From Macrostomum lignano (lineage: Eukaryota): a DNA stretch of 38,470 bases. This document shows positions 30,401 to 38,470 of the stretch, piece after piece. The stretch is from assembly GCA_002269645.1 (NCBI GenBank), contig NIVC01002071.1, positions 1 to 38,470 on the forward strand, written 5' to 3'. The notes under the pieces were generated by a model that made no database searches, was not told the origin of the DNA, and worked only from the letters and a program-made list of their open reading frames with translations. The stretch's first letter is position 1; the number at the start of each line of letters is the position of its first letter. Both the position numbers and the translations under genes were made by a program.

Positions 30401-33400
30401 TTGATTTCGCCAACCGTCGTACAGAACGACGGTGTCGTTAATCGAGCCGAGGCTGACGAATGAATTGGTGAACCAAGCAGAAATCTGTCTGCCCAGCGGT
30501 GCCACAATCTGCCAGCTGCGCTGCATGTTCATCCAGTAGCCAGCCGCCATCCGGTGTCCCGAGTGGCTCGCGATTGTGCCATTAGGGGTAGTCAGTCTCT
30601 CGCTTTCTATTAATTGGTTTTGTTTAAACCGCTTTCGTATTGGCTAAGACTTTAAAAGAGACTATGGCTTCCTGTACTATTCTGTAGTTAAAATTACAAG
30701 TTAATGTTAATTTAATTGGCTAACATGTTGTTCTTAAAATGTACCTTCAGGTACGAGCATCGATTCTTATTGAGCAAACTCATTAGAATTACTCAAGTTC
30801 GGCTTCAACTTGAATTATTTTGGCTTTTAAGTTTGCGACTGTAGTGCAGTGCACACTGTAGGGCAAATTTATCAGGAAAAATTAAGTAAGTCTTTACGTT
30901 GAAAGATTTGGAAAGAGGTGAAGGAGTTTTAGGGGTCTAATAAAAATGTGAGGTGCTTTAGTTTTTAACGTTCTATATCTTATTCACGAGAGGAGAAATA
31001 AATTTATGGCCAAGAGGAAATACGCTCGTTTCAACGTCTGCTGGTGCAAAATGTTCATACATTCAACAACGCACCACTTACCGATGTGTACTGAAACTCT
31101 ATCAGAAATCCATTCGATTCGAACTGCATATCGGACTGGAACTTTATGTGTAGTAGAGTGCTTGCGTTGCTAGCCCAGTAAGCATATGGATTACAGAGCC
31201 AATACCAGTCGCAGACTCGTTGGTAGTCGCTAAACGAAAAGCAGTCGCCACCGCCAAGAGACATGTTCCTCAGAGTCACCTCGATGAAGTGCCCCTTCAC
31301 GGCGGGCAAAATCCACTCGCACGACATATTTGATGAATAGGGAGTTTTTCCAAAGGAGGCGTGACTAGTTATCGATCCGGTTCGATTCGTTGAGTCGTTG
31401 AAGATTACGCATCCGCAGGATTTGCTTGCCGCTAAAATTTGGCATTAGTAGGCATCATTATAATTATTGACATTAACACTTAAGGCAAGAAAGCTAAACC
31501 ATCCCTGAGGGTAGGGATTCTTGAATTTTTTGCTTGTGATGATAGGCATTTTACATTATACAGCGTAAGAAATAAAAAATACTAACGACTTTCTATGACC
31601 TCGTATCGGATTCGAAATCCTGTATTAGCCACGGATACATCAGTGGAGAAGAACATTGATAAAACATTGCCGCTGGAGATGTACTTCGGGGACACGCAGC
31701 TGTAGTTTGTGTAAGCAGGCCTGCTAACTTTGGCAATCTTTAAAGACCCGTTTTTCCCGTCGAAAAAAGTGACCGTATCGTAGGTTTTCTCGAGGTCTAC
31801 GTAAACAAACCAGGCTGCGATTCTCTTGCCTACTGGGGCGTTGATCTGCCACGTGCATGTCGTATTGTGTCGGTGACGTGTAGCTCCAGCACCTGCGTGG
31901 CTTTCAATTTCGCCATCATTTTCAACAGTTAAATTTTGAAAGTTGTGGCAAACTGAAACAGAAGCGAAATAGAATCTGTGCATTATTTTACGATGTTTAA
32001 CAACACAAACAAAAGAAATTTAATGACTTCTTACAGTGATCAGACGTTTTATAAAGAAGTCTAAAGCCAGCTTCTGTGCTATCAGTGTCGTTAGAAACGA
32101 ATTCAACGACAACTAGGTTCGAATTTATATGGATTTTCCGATGCAAATTATCAGTCAAGTTGGATGAATTGTCCAGATAAAGCACTTGATGTCCTGACGC
32201 ATTCAGTACTTTTATGAAAAAATACCATGGGGCTACACTGATTTCTGCAAACTGAATAGCGATGCGGTTGCCTTCAGCCTGGTCAATGGTCCACCTGCAG
32301 TCTTGATGATGGCGTCTTGAATCATGCTTAATGAAACCGATTCCACTATGAACTTCAATTTGGCCACTGGGAGCTGTCAGTCTCTTGTTGCTGGTACAGT
32401 CTGTCAATTTGATTCAGGACAAGTCAGCAGGGTACTCAGAGAATAACAAAATTCAAAGGCTCAAGTTTGACCTTGCAGTCGCTTACACTCATCGTATCGG
32501 TAGTGTATGACGAAACCAGTAGACTCCAATAGGCCATCGGACTTGAAGTCAATTTTAACCGTCTCAGTTGAGAACAGTTGAAGTACGCGCTTTGCAGTCC
32601 AACCGGGAAAGTCTAAACTCTTGTATGAACTTCCATTCCAGCGGCCGTACATACTCAGCACATCACCCGATCCGATCGACAGATTAAACACGAGCAGGTG
32701 AATATACCTATCCGAAACTACTGGTAGAGTCCAGGAGCAGCTCATATTGGGTGAATAAGGAGCGGTGTCCACTTGGCCGTGGCTGTAGATCACGCCACTT
32801 GTCTGCCCTGCATCCAGCCACGACTTTTCCAGGCACGAGCCGTTTGAAGCTGATAAAAATAAACAAAGAGCACCAAGAATTGCCTTGCTGTTTGATTAAA
32901 AAGCAAACAGAGCTATGAAAACCTGCTTGTGTCAATCAGTCAAATAGCTTATCAATATTTTTGGAACCGCCTGTCCCGTCTTTCCAGGGTCTATTGAACT
33001 AGCGTCAAGAGACAAGCATATTTTCTCGATTAAAATTTTTTAATTGTACTCACTACTCTCGGTAGTTTTGAAGTGCATCCGGAATCCATACCCTGAAACG
33101 CTGGAGTCGGATTTGAACTTTACCAGCATTTTGCTACCGGTTGAAACGTAAATCGGCGACTGGAATCTGGCAGCTGCAGATTTGCTGACTTTCACGACCA
33201 GCCCTGACTTACTGTCGCCGTCACCGTCCAGCAGGGCGACCCAGTCAAAAGCTTCTTCTAGGTCGACGTAAGCAAACCAGGCCATCACCCTCTTGCCCCG
33301 GGCTACAGCTATCCGCCAGCTGCACACCAAATTATTGCCGTAGCGCTGGCGGCTGCAGCCGTTGGAGTGGCTCGCGATTTCGCCACTGTTTTCCGAGATT

Positions 33401-34088
33401 GTGCAAAAGTTCGAGCAGTCCGCTTGCCTCTTGGAGTAGACTGCTGCGACTGACACCAGAGCCTCGGAGATCCTGCAAACCCCTCCATAAATATTGGTGC
33501 AAGCAGTAACTGTACTACAGAGTATTTTTGACCCAGTCATATCCCCTTCCGCCCAATACACTAAAAACATCAGCAGTTAGGATTTTTCAGGACAGGCTGT
33601 CTATCCACAGGAGGAGCGGAATTTAGTGGAGATGAGCAAACCCAAGGCTCTAACAGCATTTTTCCAGAGGTTTTGACCAATAGCTTTTGTCCGGTGATCT
33701 CTAACAGATCAAACCAAGTTAGCAAACTTACAGCTTTCCGAAACCTCGTAGTGAAGTCGAAAACCGCTATTAAATTTACTTTCAGGATTTTGAAAATAGA
33801 TTAACAAAACGTTTCCAGTAGAGATGTACTTTGGCGACAAGAAGTGTCGACCGTCACGCCCATCGACTCTGCCAATCGCTCGCGACCCTTTCTCTCCGTC
33901 GATTACGGTCACGGACGAATAATTTCCTGGACTGAGATGAACAAAATCGAACCAGGCCGCAATTTTCTTGCCTCTAGGAGCGTTGATCTGCCAGGTGCAG
34001 GCCAAACTGCTCAGGTAATCATCAGTGTTCGAGTGGCTTTCAATGGCACCATGAGTGCTAACATTTAGAAGTTGAAATATTGGACAAT
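27478..34088 (-). CDS. Multi-exon host gene: ten CUB domains, S/T-rich stalk, one TM helix, short cytoplasmic tail; 5' end unresolved
   Basis: Manually called GT-AG exons: 33732-34088, 33054-~33440, 32487-32849, 32035-32400, 31587-31952, ~31082-31431, 30238-~30608, 29714-30082, 28993-29367, 28507-28878 (each CUB-like: G.I.SH, C.W.I, F.SD..GF...Y), stalk 28053-28280, TM 27863-27963 (LSTLSAIFLVVSAAIVAVVIYK). Tentative tail exons 27691-27765 and 27478-27522. Confidence 0.8.
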
Positions 34089-35426
34089 CTGAAACAAAAA
34101 GTGAGAACAACTTGATAGATTTTGCGCCAGCAGCGCAACAATACACTTGTATAACAACATATTCATGGATGCCACGTTCAAACACGGAATACTATCTGGG
34201 TAGATGACGCTCCTGCATGAGCAACACTCTGTAACAACCCTTACATGTAGATATTCAGAGCTGACTGGCAAATCTCCTGCAGGAAAATCTCGGCGGACTC
34301 TTTCTCATGCCTCTCTCGTACCTTCTCGAGTTAAGTTAGTTGAATTTTTACTAGATTGTTTGTACCTTGATGCGTTTGTAACACTACGGTTCCAGGGTTT
34401 TGCTAACAATGACGCTATATCTATGATAACAATGTGGCAATCAACTCAAGAACAAGTGCATGCACACGTATTATTGTGTCTTAAAACTGTTTGCCATAAT
34501 AAAGAAGTCTTATAGTAAAGCCTACAGCTACAGTGCCTTCTGTCACAAAAAATAAGCTAAAGATTGTGACGTTTAAAAATATTCACGTGTAACTTACTGC
34601 TAACTTCACCGCTGCCCAAGCACACCTGAGTGGCAACCAGGACTACGAAGAATTTCCAGGGCGCTAAAAATGACCAATTATTTTGTTTGGTTTAAACTAC
34701 TTTTCGACCGTAACAACGGCCCATTATTATATGAATGCTACAAGCACACTCACCCCAACTTGCCATTACAATTTGCAGTAAATTTACTGCATTCGTCGTT
34801 TAAAATATGAGTTTGAAAATTCAGAAAAGAATTGAAATTTTATTTCTGGCCTCTCCGAAAATAATTTTTGGGTTATATTCGTTGCGACGGCTCCTATGGT
34901 TTGGAACTGAGTGTGGTAGTAAAAACCATATACGTTTTTTAATTGCGTGACTCAGTGGTATTTAGTCTGACAGCGCCGATGACGCAAACTCAATTGGCAT
35001 TAACAACAACAGCATAAAATTTGAATTTCGTTAGCTATCGGAGCCAGTCTCATTTTTCACACAAATTTAAGCGCGGTAAGACTGGAAAAAGGTTATCAAT
35101 GGATCACAAGACACTTCTTTCACTGCGCAGAAACAATTGCCTTGAAATTTAAAAAAGATTTTGATTTAAAGAAATAATTGTCAAAGAAAATCGCTTAGCC
35201 CTGAACTATACTGGTAGCAGCCATGACATTTGCACGAAATGAATCAGCTGATGTCAGGAACAAATTTATGAACATTATACCACTTTAGAGACTTGTTTGT
35301 GGCTTGATCTTGTTGGTAATTTGTTCTCAATGCACCCATTAATACGCGTGTGTCAGTGTGCTTGTTTTTTGTATTGTCTGTCACTGTTCACTTGGAATCT
35401 ACCCATTCAATTAATTAGATACTTTT

Positions 35427-35454
35427 TGTTGTGTCGTAACTTGATGGGTCAACT
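35427..35454 (+). repeat. 28-bp direct repeat, left copy (partner 37351-37378)
   Basis: TGTTGTGTCGTAACTTGATGGGTCAACT vs TGTTGTGTCGTAACTTAAAGGGTCAACT, 26/28 identical. Confidence 0.85.
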
Positions 35455-37350
35455 GACTGGATGTCTTCGGAGCAACTGAGGCCGAATATGACTCGATGCT
35501 GTGAGCTCTGCTGAAGCGACTGGAGGACGCCGGCCTCACCGCCAACAAGGACAAGTGCGAGCTACGGCAGACCGAGATTAGAGTTCTTCGGCTTTGTCTT
35601 CTCGGCGGAGGGCATCCGGCCGTCCGAGTCTCAAACCAAGGCTTTCAATGAGCTGCGCGCGCCGACGAGCAAGGAGCTGCAGGCGTTCCTTGGATCGGCA
35701 AACTATCTGATGCGGTTCGTGCCCCACTTTGCCGAGGTCACAACGCCGCTGAGGCCTCTGCTCAAGGGCGATGCCGAGTTCAAATGGACAGCTGAATGCG
35801 AGCGAGCCTTCCAGGCGCTTAAAGCGGCAATCTGCTGCGCATTCACCGATGTGTGACCGATTTCAGCAGTACGAATTTCATGCGCGCTACCTCCCGGGGA
35901 GTCGCAACTTGGTGGCCGACATGCTGTCCAGGTGGAGCTGCGGGTCCGACATGAACATCATCCAATTGCCAGACACCGCAATGCCTCGACTCCGAATCGT
36001 CACGCCACAGCGGCTAGCGACGGCCAAAGCAGAGGACACGATCCTGCGCGAAGTCATTCAGCGAGTTCCCACCGGCAACTGGAGTTTGGCCAAGGACACG
36101 GAGTTGCAGCCGTACTTAAAAGTCCGAGAGCATTTTAGCACCTGGCAAGACGGCTCCTGTCTGGCCTTCCAAGACCGCGCCGTCATCCCACAGGACCTGC
36201 GGCGTGAGCTTCTGAAGTCCGCGCATGCGGGACATCCGAGGGCGGTGCGTACCAAGCAGCAGCTTCGCGAGTTCACCTTGTGGCCGAGGATGGACGCCGA
36301 CGTCGAGACGTTCGTCAGAGACTGCGGCGCCTGCGAGACTGTGGAGAAAAATTTCAAGCTGCGATCGGCTCCGCTGCAGCCCCTGCCAGTGCCACTAGAC
36401 AGAGATCGCCATCGACATCGTGGGTGAACTGCAGGCAGCGCCGGCGTCGTCACGATTCCTACTGGTCATCACGGATCTGCACAGCAAGGGGCTGGAGGTC
36501 TTCGCGACTTCAAGCATCACCACCGACACGGTCTGTAAGGTGCTACGCAACCTGTTCGCACGCTGGGGCCTCTGCGAGAAGGTCCTTGCCGACAACGGAC
36601 CTCAGTTCGGCGACGCCTTTACCGGGTTCCTTCAAGAGCGGGGCATCCAACACCTAAAGACTTGTCTGTACGGTCCGAGCACCAACGGTCAAACCAAGCG
36701 GCTCAAACGGTCCCTGATGGACAGCATTCGAGCGTCTAGAGCCGTCAACGTGCCGATGCAGGACGCGCTGTTGCAGTTTCTCGAGAGCTACCGCAGCACG
36801 CCGCACGCCCTGACTGTCAAGAGCCCGGCCGAACTGATGTTGGGTCGCCGTTGGCGCACGCCCATGTCTCTACTCGCTCCGGTCAAGAAGGGCACTGCTG
36901 CGCAGTCTGATATCGCCGAACGTATTCAGCAGCGTCAACAGCGGACTTCAGCGTACACCGACCAACGGCGTGGAGCCCGGCAGCCGACATTACGCACCGG
37001 TGACTGGGTCCGGATCCGCCGGCCAACACGACCTGGCAAGCTCGGCAGCCGGCTCTCTGCGCCGCTGCAGATCGTCAAGGCGGCCTGTCGACTGGCGGAC
37101 GGCAGCACCTGGAACCAGCAAGCGCTGGTGCCGACATCTCTGCGACTAAACTACAAGGCATCTGCGGCTGGCGAGTTTGATCCTCTCGTGGATGTCCAAG
37201 AGTGGGCAACGCAAGACGGAGGAGGAAAGGCTCGAACACCGACTCCTGGTCCAGCCGATGGACCACCGGCTCGGGCTCTGCGACGGTCCACTCGTCCGCG
37301 ACGTCCTCTGCAGCGCTACGGCTGGTGATTTCAATTGGATAGGAGTAAGA
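35455..37350 (+). mobile_element. Decayed Ty3/Gypsy pol fragment (RT C-terminus, RNase H remnant, integrase)
   Basis: RT: RLEDAGLTANKDKC, FLGSANYLMRF, FKWTAECERAFQALK. RNase H end: YLPGSRNLVADMLSR. Integrase: HAGHP..WPRM..CGAC, IDIVG, ADNGPQF, NGQTKR (catalytic E lost). Several frameshifts; GC-rich against AT-rich flanks. Confidence 0.92.
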
Positions 37351-37378
37351 TGTTGTGTCGTAACTTAAAGGGTCAACT
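37351..37378 (+). repeat. 28-bp direct repeat, right copy, after a purine-rich PPT-like tract
   Basis: Preceded by GGATAGGAGTAAGA; starts with TG like an LTR. Confidence 0.8.
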
Positions 37379-38470
37379 TGATGATAATATTGTTACGCTG
37401 ATGTTTCTACTAGCTCGTATAATTATGGTACAACGTAAATGCTAACTATACTAATATTATTCTTGTCTTTTACTTATACTGCTACTTTCAGTAGAGTAGT
37501 TGATAAATAATCTGGATAATGTATTATTGATCACGTGATATCTCTGGCTCTTTAATATACCGATCGTGTAGTTTTTCTAAGGTGACTAAAATATAAATAA
37601 AGAAACTGTGCACACCTGGCACTTAACTTTCAACTACAACTGGAAACCTCAAGTCTTGGCTGAATAATGATCGAGTCCAAAAGTAGCTCGAAATAAAATA
37701 TTTATTTGCAGAACCAGTCACTGATGTTGCAACGACAGAATTCGCAGGTCGGCAGCTTGGTGCTTTTATTTATTTATTAATTCACAGTTGCAGTGAGCTG
37801 CTGAACACTGCGTGCCTGTTATCGGGGCTAACAGGTATCAAATACATTCGATGACTTTAGTCTTACTAGTGGAGACAGATAGTAAGGAATGCAAGACAGC
37901 TTCACTGCGTGTCAGTTAGAGGTTTTCTTCAAATTGTGGCGGTACAGCTATGATTTGATCCCAACTAAAGCGTAGGAGTTCCTTTTTAAGCGAACAAGCC
38001 GTTCAAAACGATTCAACCCTATACTTAAAAACGAAAGGCGAGACTTAATGATTTTGAAAATAAAATTTTAAGTATAAACAATTAAACATTAAACTACCAT
38101 AATTTGTACTGACGGCGCAAGTCGCTATGCCTAATTTTAAGAACTGATTTTCAAAATATCCGCGCAGTTACAAAATGTCAGATAAATAAATCCGAATATA
38201 AAAATCGACATTTATATAGCTCGTATACTATCATTGAATTGTGCGTGTGCAAATTGAAAAAGTAGCCAGTAATAACACATTCGGATGAAAATCCTGAAGA
38301 CCAGTGAAACCTTCTGAATCTACATGAATGAAACTAAAATCGCAAACATTGCATGAAATTAACTTCAAATTAAAATTTTAATTAAAAAGTTAAGTTAAAC
38401 GTAGCTTCAAATCTCCAAAAAAGACAAAAAAATAAAACACGTGACAATTTGGGCAGGCGCAAATTCCAGT

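Noticed and set aside
34089-34166. Signal-peptide-like MNMLLYKCIVALLAQNLSS just upstream of CUB1
   Set aside because: Out of frame with CUB1; joining needs a 23-nt intron, far shorter than the other introns called in this gene. The 5' end is left unresolved.

Overview
Animal (probably invertebrate) genomic DNA. The main feature is an apparently complete 17.4-kb Maverick/Polinton (adintovirus-like) endogenous DNA virus at 3251-20645, bounded by 902-bp terminal inverted repeats that begin AGTAGT. It encodes a protein-primed PolB, a retroviral-type integrase with an N-terminal parvovirus-type phospholipase A2 domain in the same frame, an A32-like packaging ATPase, major and minor capsid proteins, an adenain-like protease, a fibre-like protein with two discoidin-like domains, putative core proteins, and two proteins with viral late-domain motifs (PPPY, PSAP). 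Four element genes are split by single-base frameshifts, each repairable in a homopolymer run, which suggests assembly error and a possibly intact element. The right half holds host sequence: an intronless class A GPCR (SREB-like), an intact maT-like IS630/Tc1/mariner transposon with DD39D spacing, a multi-exon gene for a predicted single-pass receptor with ten CUB domains, and a decayed Ty3/Gypsy pol fragment. All family assignments come from recognised motifs; no database search was run.
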